Assembly: GCF_000143415.4 (NCBI RefSeq)
Contig: NW_003314287.1
Location: 68,783-132,782 of the forward strand
Origin: Selaginella moellendorffii
Taxonomy: Eukaryota; Plantae; Lycopodiophyta
Length of the DNA stretch: 64,000 nt
Reading direction: 5' to 3'
Position numbers and translations under genes: made by a program. Below are positions 13,686 to 26,016 of this stretch, in pieces. Positions within the stretch are counted from its first letter, which is position 1. Each line of letters begins with the position of its first letter. Below the pieces are notes generated by a model that was not told the origin of the DNA, searched no databases, and was given only the letters and a program-made list of their open reading frames with translations.

Positions 13686-15631
13686 ATGCTATGGAGTGTC
13701 GGGCGGATCCTTAGGCCTAGGTTTCTGCTGCATTGCCGGTGTCGTGCGCCAGAAACCTAGAAGCGCTTCTGGAGGTGCCGGAATCATCGCCAGATCGCGA
13801 GGGGATCAGGCATTTCAAGGCGCTGCCGCACGTACTTGAAATGTGGCGCGGTGGAAGACGCCAGGGACGTCTTTTCTCGTCTTCCTTCGCGGGGAGTGAT
13901 AGCTTGGACTAGAATGATCGCCGGATTCATCGAGCAGGGTGATGAAGAATCAGCTATGATTTCCTACGTCCAGATGTGGAGCTGCGGATTGGGATCCACA
14001 GGAGGATCGCGAGAATGTTGTGGTCGGGAATGCACTTGTTGGGATGTACCCGAGGTGTGGAAGTCCAGAGCTCGCCAAGAGAGTGTTTGATAGGCTGGTT
14101 TACCGCGACTTAGCGACTTGGAACGGTATTCTCTCGGCCTTCTCTCGAGAACAGGATGGTTTCAGTGACACTTTCCAGATCTTCCGGACAATGCTGCTGG
14201 AAGGGACGGCTCCAAATCGGCGGAGTTTCGTCACCATTTTGGAAGCTTGCTCGGCAGCACTGATTAACTTTTATAGCCGGTGCGGGGATTTGGACGGAGC
14301 ACGGAGAGTTTTCTCGGGAGTTTGAGAGCAAGACGTGGTTTTGTGGACGAGCACGGTATCAGCAAACTCACAACACGACCAAGGTGGCCTCTACAGAAGA
14401 ATGCAACTAGAGGGATTCCAGCCAAACGAAGTTACTACTCAAGGCTCTTGCTAGCGAAGAGTTCTCTTGGGCTTTGGAACGAGCTCGTGATGGAGGCTGG
14501 ATTTATCTCGCACGGGTTTGTCCGCACCTCTCTCGTCAATTCTTTCGGGAGATCCGGGAAACTAGCCGAAGCTCGCAGGATCTTTGACGAACACTGCGAT
14601 GAGAAGGATATTTTTTTGTGGAACACCATGCTTGGTGTCTATGCCGACCATGGAGAAGCCGAGGAAGATGGAGTGTTTTTGTTTTGGAGGCTACACTTGG
14701 AAGGTTTGAAGGCTGACAGGATAACTCTCACGACCATGGCCAGCGCTTGTGACAGTCCAGAGCTTCTTCGGGGAAGCACTCGCATCCACGATCACTGTGT
14801 GGAGCTCGGCTACATGACCGACGTGGTTACCTCAAACTCCATCATCACAATGGACGCAAGCTGTGGTAACTGGGAGGAAGCTGTCGCCATCTTTCGAAAG
14901 TCACAGCACAGGGATGTGGTCACTTGGAGCGCAGTGATCGCTGGCTACTTTAAGCAAGGACGTCACTCTCCAGGGATCAGATTCTTCCAAGAGATGGTTC
15001 TCGAGGGACTCAAGCCAAGCAAAGTTACGCTGGTGGCAATGCTCGGTGCCTCGGGATTGCTTTTGGAGGAGGCCAAAAAGATACACGCCGGTGTTGTGGC
15101 GATTGGGTCTGAAAACGACTCTACAATCGGGAATGCCATGGTTAGGCTGTATGGAAGGTGTGGGAGCACTCTTGACGCGAATAAAGCTTTCGACAAGCTG
15201 GGAGACAAGAGCGTTGTCTCGTGGAGCGTGATGATTTCGGCACTCTCTCAACACGGTAACATCGACCAAGTCCACAGGCTTTTACACCAGATGCAACAGG
15301 AAGGACTCAAGCCAAACCAACGTTTGTAAGCGTCTTCGCGGCCTACAGCCATGCTGGGATTTTGCAAGAGGCCTGCCAGATTTATGGATCCCTGGGTGGA
15401 GACTTTGATACGGTAGCTTCTCTGGAACTTTATGGATGCATGGTAGATCTCTTAGGACGAGCAGGGTGGCTGGCCAAGGCAGAAGCTTTGATGGTTGGTA
15501 TGCCATTTCCTCCAACTTTGGTGATGCTAAAGTCGCTGTTGGGAGCGTGTGGAACATATGGAAATCTGGAACGTGGTCAAAGGCTTGCTCAAGAGATTAC
15601 ATGTTCTGTGTTCATGGTGAAGAAAAGCTAA
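13686..15631 (+). pseudogene. Frameshifted PLS-class PPR gene with E-type C-terminus
   Basis: PPR motifs KCGAVEDARDVF, VGNALVGMYPRCG, DIFLWNTML, DVVTWSAVIAGY and YGCMVDLLGRAG..LLGAC lie in several different frames. Intronless. Confidence 0.9.
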
Positions 15632-17349
15632 AAAAGTGTGTGTAAAGGCAATTATTGTTTTCCCCATTTGGGAGGCTTTGGGGCCTAACATAATAAGAGC
15701 ACCACACAGGTTGTAGAGATCAATCTCAAGCTAGCTAGAACTTGTTGCCTAGAAGCTTTAATAGGTTGGCGACCACCTACTTCAATAAAACTCACATAGA
15801 ATAACAAAGAAAAACATTATACCACTGATGCCCCAAGGATAAGATTGGTCACTATCATTCTCAAAACTTTTGTCTTAGAGTCACTCCAGTATCTCCAACT
15901 TAGTTTTACAAGACTTATACAAGATTAACAGCGTTAGCAAGCATTGCTATTGCCAGCCAGGGATCTCTTTGTAGGGACCCTTCTGCCCTCTCTTGGATAT
16001 GGGATATTGCAGCCTGTTTATGAGGAACTGGAAGAGCTTACAAATGTTCAATTGTGCATGGCTGATCTTGAAAGGAAATTGCTATCCTTCACATCTTGGA
16101 GAAAAAAAAAATGCTAACTCTCTTCATAGTCCATCACAATAGAATAATCTAATAAATTAGATTATAATAATAAATTTAACTACTTTTGCAAAGATATTTG
16201 TGAGGTAAACAAGGACTTTCACATTAAAACAGGTTATACACACAAATAGTATTTGAAATTTTAAAATATATAATATGTGTGGGAATAGGTATATTAATTG
16301 GGCCTACTTATATTGGACATATTGATATATACACACAAATATGTATTTACTAACTCAAATTCATAACTATCAAAAAAACTTTCCTTTATTCTATATCTTT
16401 CTTGTGGTTAACCTTTGAAACCTATGTTAACTCAAATTCATAACTTTCATCTTTGTTTAGCATTATATATAGGAGGTTAGACACACTTTATTCATTTTCC
16501 TTAACTTCATTTTTTCTTTGAAGGAAAAAAAGTTTTAAAACACTGACTCTATTTGGATTTATTATGTTTGTCTTCACTTTACCATTGATGCTTAACTTCA
16601 TTTCACTATCATATTTATTCAACTTTATTATGTTAAAGTTATATATTTTTGCAATGTTCACCCTCACTCCACAATCTATATTATTCATTCACATATCCAT
16701 TTGTCCTCACTTCATCATTAGGTTAAATTGTCATCCGTCCTCTTTACCCCTCCTTAAAAAAAAAGAAAATTTGAAATGTCAAAGCAAAGAGGAGAAAGCA
16801 AGAAAAATTAAAGAAGAAATATTGTAGAAGAAAAAAAAGTAAATAAAAAAAATTAGAAAAAGAATTTTTAGCAATTATTACTATGAAAAGGGGGAAATAA
16901 AAAAAAGATATGTGCTCAAACAAGGGACTTCCTTTAGCTACCACAATATAAGCAAAAAATTCAGATTACTTAACCTCCTTTCAACACATAACTCAACATG
17001 TAAGAGAGGAAAATCAATAAAAACATCTTACTCTTAACCACTATGTACTCCACATGACTCCCAAAATGCCTCTGTACCTGAGCTTCTACCCATATCAAAG
17101 GTCTCACTTGATCAAAGGAATGGTCCTTCGAAGTGCAATAGCCAAACACACCTATTCCAAGGGAACGTGGTGAAGACAGTGTAGCACAATATGTATAATG
17201 CCTTACTGGTAAAATTCGAATCATCCAGGTCTATGGCCTCACCCTTCGTCAAGTGTCCTTGTGCCTCTAGAAGAACTGAGACCGAGCTTGCATCCTGGCA
17301 TACCCCGAAAACCTGAAACACACACACAAATAGCACAGGACAAAGGTCA

Positions 17350-17620
17350 GCAATCGCATGGAGATACTTTATGTACATCAATAACTCGATGCAGAAACTG
17401 GCAGCGTTGCAAGTTTGCTTCATGCCGTCAGTCATTACGTACACGTTGTTGTGCTGGACGAAAAGATAAGCCACCCCATCGTTGAAAACAACAGGGTCTC
17501 AGTAGCTTGGATCACTCTGAAAAGGCATGTAATTTCTAAAGCAACCAAAAAGAAGAATCTGGACGTACCTCTCCTCCTTGTATCTTGGCAAAAAATCGTC
17601 CGGCCCACACCTACCTAGGC
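17350..17620 (-). pseudogene. AP1M: Fragment of clathrin adaptor AP-1 mu subunit
   Basis: RFFAKIQ..E, a short intron, then DPVVFNDGVAYLFVQHNNVYVMT..QTCNAAS, resembling plant mu1 (DPVAYDNGVTYMFVQHSNIYLM..QNCNAAS). In-frame stop and truncation. Confidence 0.7.
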
Positions 17621-17851
17621 CCAACCGTCATATCTAAAAGAAAGATTGCTGTTCACTCTTCACGATTAAGTCCCTACGATTTTCCTATATCAGTTCCTGC
17701 TCCAGATCCATCGGGCCCGCTACCAGTGCCAACCAACGTTGAGAAGCTGGATTATCAACACTGGTGACGCTTCTAGCTGCACAGCTGCATTGCAATCGAA
17801 AGATGTCCTCTTGGATTTCTAGGCCTACAAGCTGCGTCTCAATTCTTCTGC

Positions 17852-17853
<2 letters not shown>

Positions 17854-17884
<31 letters not shown>
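17854..17884. repeat. (AG)n microsatellite
   Basis: Pure AG run. Similar runs at 1-18 and 42912-42930. Confidence 0.95.
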
Positions 17885-17887
<3 letters not shown>

Positions 17888-18149
17888 CAAATCCTAACCG
17901 TCAGATTTCTTCTCGACATCGCAGCCGTTGACATTTAGAGCTCATACAGCTATAAACGATGTGTGGTAGTATGCCAATACTCAATGCTATAAACAATCAA
18001 AGACTCCACAAATGAAATAAAAGCAAGATTCTCAATTTCATGAATATGATTAACATTTAAATTAGTGTGAGGGAGATAGAAAATGTAACTTAATATTATG
18101 TAACGCTAATTATGTGTGCTAAATGTGACATTTGGGATGAACCTAAAAA

Positions 18150-19860
18150 TTAGGTGAAAGTATACGCTGAGGATAATGTTTTCCCGAGCCCCGATGTGAT
18201 CAGTTCCCATCCCACCACGGCAGCATTCCGGGCGACGGATGGAATGCTTTTGAGGGACGGTCTGGGCAGGATTATGGGCCATCGCCCGAGCGTCATATAG
18301 AGGGTTCGCAGCGCAAGGGATGGGCGCAAATCCAGGACACCCGGGCGGAGGCACGGATCCTGAAAGGAGGGAGGCACGTCTACCTCAAGATCGTGCACCG
18401 TGACGACGACGTCGCCCAGCGCAGGTTTGCCAGGGATGTCGCGGCGGCAAAGCTGGAAAATGGGATCTTGGAGCTGCAAGGAGCGCCATCGGCCGTTTGG
18501 ATCCATCCGAACTATGTCCTCTTGGAGGAGCTGATTGAGCGCGAGCTGGAACAAGCCCGCTGGCACTGCTTCCATGTCGTTGGGACTCCGGGGATTGGGA
18601 AGAGCTACTTCGCCTTGTACTGGCTCTACAAGCTCGCGCGGCGAAAGACGCGAGTTATCCACTGCCTCGATCGCGATGACCACCGTCATGGTGGGGATGG
18701 CGATGACGATGGCGATCGAGATAAGTGGTTTCTCTACGACTTCTCTCTCGAAGATCCTCTTGTCTGGACCGGGCCGAGATACTAGCAAAAGACGTCTTCC
18801 ATGGGAATGGAGGGCTGGGACGCAGAAACTGCGTGGCTGATCGTGGATGGGCGCTTCAGTGCGCGAATCCAAGCCGGGCAGGATACCACAACTTCGCCAA
18901 AGACTTTGGCAAGCTCTGCCACCTCGAGGCGTGGTCTCTGTGCGAGCTCCTCGCGTGTAACCGGGCGCTGGAGCTGGGCTTTAGCGACGAGGAGCTGGCT
19001 GCGCGGTTTAGGATCGCTGGAGGACTGCCCAGCCTGGTGCTTTGCAAGCATGAGTTCATCGATGGCTTAGTGATGGATGCTGCTGCAAGCACTGTGGATG
19101 ATCCGGACTGGGAGAGGGCCCCCGTGAGCGCCGAGAACGGCATTCTTGTGCACTATAAGCTCCCAAGGTGGAGCTCTGGGAGGTTATGGGAGCGCAGCCA
19201 CCTCGTCCTTGGATCGGTGTTCATACAGAGCCTGGCGTTTGAGAAGCTGCGGCGACGAAGGGAAGTGGAGAGCTACCTTGGACACTTCTTTGATCTCAGA
19301 GGAACGCTGCTTTTCGAAGGATTGGCGTCGCAGATTTTCGAGAAGTTTGCGCTCGAGGTTCTCTCCCGGGGTGGAGCTTTCCAGTGCAAGTCTCTTGAAA
19401 CCATCACAGGTTTGGAGGAGAAACTTGTCTTGCCGAGAAGCGATGGTGATTTTGTGACCAAGAGTGTCGAGCTGTTCTTCCCCGCTCAAGGTGAGTTTTT
19501 TTTAAAAGAAATTATAATTTTTTATTTTCTTAAAAGTCTGGATAGATAAAGGTTCTTTTGTGATAGATCTTCGTGTTTACCGTGAGCTCCAAACGTCCAG
19601 TACATCGCTGCGCTGTTGCTCAGGCGATCGAGGGGTTTGATCGGTGGCATGTCGAGCGGGGCCCGGCGGCGCCACGGTGTTACAAGCTGGTCTTCCTCAT
19701 ACCAGATCTGAGGGACGAGCTCATCTTTCAGGACCGGCAGGAATACGTCCACGAAGATTTCACTACTTGTTCCGGCCCACTGAACCGCGATGTCAAGCAG
19801 TGCTCCAAAAGAAAAAAGGGGAAGAGAAAGACTCGTACGGATCATGTTAGCAAAGTCTAA
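18150..19860 (+). pseudogene. Crinkler/RHS (CR)-type gene: header + P-loop NTPase + degenerate REase, frameshifted
   Basis: Walker A VVGTPGIGKSYF, Walker B WLIVDG, LEAWS..ELLAC..F.IAGGLP helical region, FEKFAL, C-terminal YKLVFLIPD. Reading-frame breaks near 18298 and 18785. Confidence 0.8.
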
Positions 19861-20253
19861 CAGTATTTATTCTTATCTGGAAATAAATATCAAATAAGCA
19901 TTTCAGGGATCCTGGCATGGCAAGAAACTGGCGGGAGGAGACCTTGATCTGGTCAGATAATGCAAAGATCTCGTTAAAAAAAACTTGCTGTATGTATATT
20001 AATCTAGAGATGGCTCAAACTATGTTCTGCCATGCTCCCCGTGCAACCAGACTTTCCCATGAGGCTGAGCAAGTTATGTCGATCATGCTCAAGAACAAAT
20101 TTAGCGACTTGTTATCATGTCTAGGTTGGGAACAGTTAATTACATTTCATAACAAAAAAACAAAACAAAGAGGGCTTCTTTAAATTCCAATAAAATAAAC
20201 AGATAGTTTAGAAACATTTATAGTTATGTTTTAAAAGTCAAAGTCTGCTGGAT

Positions 20254-22067
20254 TCACCACGGCACAGAAATCACGACTTGTTTCAACCTCTTCATCGCAT
20301 CGAGCTGAACACCGTACCTTCGGCCGTCATCCTGGAGGTACTTCTGCTCCTTTATTGAGTGAAACATGTGTTCCGGCACCACAAACACAAGCTCGTAACA
20401 CGGAGGCAGCTTGTGCTGGCGATGCTTGTACCATTTATCCGCAATGACTTCAGCTAGCTTACTCCACGACAGTGGGTGTTCTTCTGCAACAGTGACCTGG
20501 TACACCTTGCAAAGCGTTTTCAAATCCGCCAGCCCGATCCCATCGAATGCCTTCTGGTTGGATGCATAAGGCTCAACGAACGTCCACTCTGCTAACCCAT
20601 TCGTGCCCCTTGCGTCTGCAGCTGTGAGTAGACTGTTGGAATGCTGCCCTTTCTTCCGCTTCTTGCTATTTTGCACACTCTCATCTCCTTCGACCATTCG
20701 TTTCACTTGTTTGTACCTGATCTCGTGAACGAGGATTTTCCCAGTAGCTAGACAGCGCATCTTGTACTTCCTTCCCTGGCTCGATCCTTCCAGCTCATTT
20801 AAAACATGTCGCGCATACACTTTCCCTGCTAAGGCTCCAGCCCAACCAATGTGTTGGCAGTGGTTGAAGAATCTATGAGCTTGCCCTTTCGTCTGGAGGC
20901 TATCCAAGGACAGGGTCTCGATCCTGCTGGATCCGAACTCCAGGTGCATCTTTTCTACGTTCTTCTCCCCATTTTCGTCCTTCTCGAGTTTGTAATGGAG
21001 GAGAAGATCTGGAATGTCTGGATCCTCGATACAGCTACCGGCGCAATCGACCACCCTCTCCCAGTTTTTGACCAGCCCGACAGCAGCTCTGACGACTGTG
21101 TCCAGCTCCTCAAGGTCCAATGACCGACTGAAAACATACCGTGGCAAGCCACCGCATATCTCAAAGCGTCTCTTGATATCTTCGTCACTGAAGGATAGCC
21201 CAAGCGCGTTCTTGCAAGCTACCAAGTCCTCCATCTGCCATGCCTCCAAATGACAAATCCGTCCTGTATCCTATAATAATTAAACTTCTCATCACAATCT
21301 AAAATCCATTCAAGTTTGTAAACATTATCCTCTTATAAACTTGATTCTCAAACACTTTCTAAGAACCAGATTACATTATTTATAGCTCTCCAATCAATGC
21401 TATGATCACACTTCACATCAATAAAAGATAGCAAAACATTGAGAATAAAAGAATCTATATAATCATATCTCATAAAAGCTAGAGATGGTAATTGACCAAG
21501 AATGGGCACACCACCAATATAATCATGCCTTAAAACACCAAAAGTTTAATTTAACAGAGTAGCATTAGCAATATCAACTGATATACTTTTTGATTAATGA
21601 CAATGTGATATAGTAGAAAAAGAGGAATGCAATGAAAATAAAAACAAATAAGCACAATGATAACTAGAACTCTAGATCCGAGCACCTGCTAACTCTTTCG
21701 CGTATCTCTGATGTACGGCGAAGTTCGCCACACCTTCAGCCGGGCGTACCAGGGGAGGTAAGGGATCTTGGACTACGAGTTTCATGAAGATATCGCTTCC
21801 CTTCTTCATGACTGTAGAAGCGCTCCTGGTGTCCGCAATTGGATACCATCCCTTCGTCTTTGCTCCGCGCAGCACACACACCACAACACTTGGGTGATGG
21901 CCCATGATCTCGCCCAAAACCTCACTCAGCTCCATACCTTCCGTGGCGTCGAAGCAGCGCTGAGAACCAGAGGAGATTACTGCATCCTCACTTGGGTAGA
22001 GGGTCGCACCATTAGACACGACCGCGTACCAGACACGGCAGTCTGGCTCGCTCTCTTCCTCCGCCAT
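20254..22067 (-). CDS. CR-type paralog: header (22067-21680) plus NTPase C-terminal helices and intact-looking REase (21270-20254); NTPase core missing
   Basis: Header GEIMGHHPSV..KGW matches GRIMGHRPSV..KGW of the first copy. LEAWQMEDLVAC..FEICGGLPR. REase motifs P..SNQKAFDG..YQVTVAEEHP..ELVFVVP. Confidence 0.78.
21271..21678. repeat. 408-bp AT-rich direct repeat, copy A (inside the CR gene)
   Basis: Near-identical to 22857-23264; two substitutions seen by eye. Confidence 0.95.
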
Positions 22068-22856
22068 CGCGCACCCTTGATATTACACGATGGTGGATTA
22101 TTCCAGGGATAGAATATTCTTTCTTCTTGAGGAAACGATTGTCACGCTTGGATCACCCAAAAGGCCACTGGCCGGACAGAGCAATAGCCGCCTTGTTTCA
22201 TTTAGATCGAAGTTCACTTCCTGGAGCTTCCGGAGTGGCTAGGCGAGCTGGCACACAGCATCTCCTGAGTTCTTCATGCACTGGAACAGGTTTCACAAGC
22301 GTCCCGGTCGCCTTTGTGCAGCTCCAGCACAACAACGGATCCATCAAGTTGCAGGAGTGCCGGCAAAGCTAGTTACAGAGAGTCCACAGATCCCAGGGAG
22401 AGCTGCATTGATACTTAAGTGAATCTTAGACACAATAAATAAAATAAATGATAATAACAGGCATGTCGCTAAATTGTATGATTCGGCTCAAGCTGAGGCG
22501 CTTTCTGTCTTTATGCCTCTTGAGCATGATCAACATCTTCATGGGCAGGGCAGAGTCTACCACCTCATAGTTTGAGCCACTCCAGTATAGCTTAGCTCTA
22601 GTATATATGCAGCAAGATTTTTTATGAGATCAATATCCTCCACACAGTACAAATGACTTGATCTTCCATACTATGATGATCCCATAGATGTTCTCATGTT
22701 GGGTGTGGTGCCATCTGCAAGAAGGTGCAGCTCAATCTCTACATTGGTGCCATATGAGACTGGAAAGCAAACACTTCTATTAATTGTGTTCATGCGTGTT
22801 AGGAGAAGGAAATATTATATATAAGGTGATTGAAAAATTAATCTCTAAAGCTATCT

Positions 22857-23264
22857 CTATAATAATTAAACTTCTCATCACAATCTAAAATCCATTCAAG
22901 TTTGTAAACATTATCCTCTTATAAACTTGATTCTCAAACATTCTCTAAGAACCAGATTACATTATTTATAGCTCTCCAATCAATGCTATGATCACACTTC
23001 ACATCAATAAAAGATAGCAAAACATTGAGAATAAAAGAATCTATATAATCATATCTCATAAAAGCTAGAGATGGTAATTGACCAAGAATGGGCACACCAC
23101 CAATATAATCATGCCTTAAAACACCAAAAGTTTAATTTAACAGAGTAGCATTAGCAATATCAACTGATATACTTTTTGATTAATGACAATGTGATATAGT
23201 AGAAAAAGAGGAATGCAATGAAAATAAAAACAAATAAGCACAATGATAACTAGAACTCTAGATC
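22857..23264. repeat. 408-bp AT-rich direct repeat, copy B (intergenic, likely donor)
   Basis: Near-identical to 21271-21678 and embedded in similar AT-rich DNA. Confidence 0.95.
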
Positions 23265-23589
23265 TTGCAAAAAGCTAATATAAATTTAAATCCACAAAAG
23301 AAAAAAATGAATAAAACTAAAATCACAATCCCAAACACTAAACATTGCTAAAAACATTAGGGATATAGAAATACAATATTTAGACTCGAAATTCAGTCTT
23401 AAATAGATGGTTAACTATAATTAACATATTACTTTATATATAGAAAGACAAAAATTAAAATTTATGAGATAAAGTTTAAACTTTTCTAGAATTTTGGGTT
23501 ATGACATTCTTAGTATACCTCTTATCCCACAGAAAGAAAAATTATCCTGCTTGCAGCCATTCACATTATCTTTTGCCAAGATTTCACTT

Positions 23590-25030
23590 CTATTCAAGGA
23601 ACTTGATCCATTCATCAAGAACTTTGGGAGATCCATACCATGGCCTCTCTTCATCATTCGCACCAACAGGTGAGTGGTAGACACCATCAAATGTTATGTT
23701 TGTTGCTCCTCTCAAATGTGCTGACATTGCAGGAACAACACCATCGCCCCACACATCACCTCTCCCACAAACCTGGTAAAAAACAACCATAGCTATTATC
23801 TCTCCAAAATTCATTCCATTTAGTTACCTGCTTGTATCCTTGGCCAATAAGTCTATCTTCATACGAAGGAGTTAATTCTTCCCCATCGTCAATTTCTTCC
23901 TCGTCGCTTTCTACTATTGTTTCAACCAGCGTGCCTGTTGTCACACTTCCAACGCCTGCTGCTACCACAGCATCCGGGGATTTAGATCGAGTAGCACCCT
24001 TTATATATCTGTATGCAACGAACAAAAAACGATCATAAACGATAGAATTGAAACCGGTACATGCCTGCTAGCAATGCAAACGTATTTTACTTGAGGAGCA
24101 TGAAAGGCCCCGGGGCACTTCTCTTCGACGTAGTCTAGCAGGCCCCGTGTTTGATCGAAAACACCGGGGACTCCTTTTGGAGGTGGCCTGGATAGAGTTA
24201 GAAAACGAAGCTACAACTTCGATTCGAATCGACCAATCAGTGAAACTTACAAGTGAGGAGTTCCAAGTGTGAGCAAAAGAGAAATATCGTCGGTTCCAAA
24301 CTCCAGCATGAAAACCCGGGCAAGCCATCCTCCCGCTGAATGAGCAATCAGCGAGACTTTGTCATGACCTGCGAGCAAAGCACTGGAAAAAAAGCTGAGA
24401 AAAAAGAAAGCTTGCGAAAGTCGAGATGAGATCGAAAGAAGCTTCTACCGTGCTTGGCCTTGACAGCATCAATAGCAACTTTTATTCTTTCCAAGTACCT
24501 GCAAAAAGTTCGATCTTCTAAAGAGTTCACGAGATGATTCAAGACTGTACCAGTCAAGAACAGGCCTGGGCTTGAGCGTTCCTCTCCAGTAATTCCCGTC
24601 GAGCAAACCAGCAGCATTTCGTAGCCAATCCAGCCTCGAAACTTTCAAAACCTTGACTGGAAATCCTTTGCTGCGGAGAGCTGACGAGAGTGGAGCATAG
24701 TCTCCAGTGTTATTGCCTAGTCCCTAGCTTGAAAAATAATGAGAAACCAAAAGAAAACTTTTCGACTAAATTGCGAAGTTCAAGGAAAAAAAACAAGATC
24801 TAGACAAGAAATCCAAGTAAACTTTCGACTAGATTAGAACGTTCTAGACTAAAAAGAAGAGAAAAACCTAGCCAAGCAATCGAGCTATTGTAAAACTCTT
24901 GAAGGAGTGACTGACTTACGGGTAGTATGACAGTGCTTTGTCGCTGGGTCAAGTGGCCATTGTTTGATGGCGAGGCGAGGCACCCAACAATGTGGCTGGA
25001 TTGGGTGCATACCATGGGTGCCATCACCAT
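23590..25030 (-). CDS. Multi-exon alpha/beta-hydrolase (PGAP1/lipase-like), probably plastid-targeted
   Basis: Spliced ILPGLGNN, DWLRNAAGL..YWRGTL.PRPVLDWY, nucleophile elbow AHSAGG, LTLGTPH, DQTRGLL, GDGVVP, VYHSP..WYGS. GT-AG introns. Confidence 0.88.
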
Positions 25031-25105
25031 ATCACTCCCACCACGCAGGAGCTCCAATTCACAATCCCTCCCCTTGCCCTGGGATGAAATCAAACAAAAA
25101 ACATT

Positions 25106-25358
25106 GTCAAATAAGTCAAAACAATGTCAAAGTTCGTCAAATTAAGTCAAGGGCTAAAAGATCAAAGTCTAATATTAATTAACCAAAAAACTCTAATTTA
25201 TATAGCTATTAAAATTTTATTACAGTCGTAAATTTAAACCGTCGTAAACCGTCGTAAATTTAAACCTCACAAGTCCATAATAGTTAAATTCGTTTACTCG
25301 TAAAATACAAAATTAAAAAGCCAATGTAAGGGTCAAAATAAATCAAAGTCAATGGTCA
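25106..25358. promoter_or_regulatory. W-box core (GTCAA/TTGAC) cluster in a bidirectional promoter
   Basis: GTCAA starts at 25106, 25115, 25126, 25136, 25146, 25332 and 25348, between divergent starts at 25030 and 25398. Confidence 0.6.
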
Positions 25359-25397
25359 CTTACAAGACCAACTTTTAAACTTCTTTCAAAGAAAGAA

Positions 25398-25790
25398 ATG
25401 GCAACGCTAATGTCACAGGAAGAGGCGGAGAGCTTCGCAGTGGAGTGGTGCGCATCACTCAACTCGCACAGCCTGGCCTCCATCCTCGCGCACTACGAGC
25501 GAGGCGCCACTCTGGTGTCACCCCTGGTATGTGATCTCCTCGCGCGGAGCTCGGGAGCGCTCCAGGGCCTCGTGGAGCTCTCACATTTCTTCCACAAGCT
25601 CATGCTCCGCTTCCCAGATCTCCACCTCCAGATCCTCCACGTCTTTGGAGGCGTGTCCAGCTTAGTGGTCGTCTACCAGGGAGTTCCAGGACTGTTTCTA
25701 GTTTCCGAGATGTTGGAGATCGATCCAAAGTCACGTAAGATCTCTAGAGCTGTGGTGCACTTGAAGAAATCCTGCCACAGCGCTGCTTGA
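25398..25790 (+). CDS. Intronless SnoaL-like/NTF2-fold protein, 130 aa
   Basis: FAVEWCASLNSHSLASILAHY..LVSP..G.LQG...L..FF...FPDLH..GVSSLVVVY resembles the bacterial SnoaL_2 pattern (W..AWN.HDL..IL.HY...SP). Confidence 0.8.
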   Translation: MATLMSQEEAESFAVEWCASLNSHSLASILAHYERGATLVSPLVCDLLARSSGALQGLVELSHFFHKLMLRFPDLHLQILHVFGGVSSLVVVYQGVPGLFLVSEMLEIDPKSRKISRAVVHLKKSCHSAA

Positions 25791-26016
25791 GCCAAAAAAA
25801 AAAGAGAGAGAAAAAAGAAGAAAAACACTGTCAAAAAGCAGATGTAATGAAGCAAACCTGTCTTATTCCCCTGGCACGAATTCCTTTACAGCTATGGCTG
25901 GCTAACGAGCAAAACGATTACTTACAGTAAAGAACTTACACCCGGAGTCGTTGCTGTGCAAAATATGTATAGAAGATTTGGGCTGTGATCTCTGCCGGAT
26001 TAACTGGATGGTTGGT

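Noticed and set aside
21271-23264. 408-bp repeats as the LTRs of one element, or as Helitrons
   Set aside because: No TG..CA ends, PBS, PPT or TSD, and no 3' hairpin. CTAG is followed by A rather than T. Copy A coincides with a deletion of host coding sequence.
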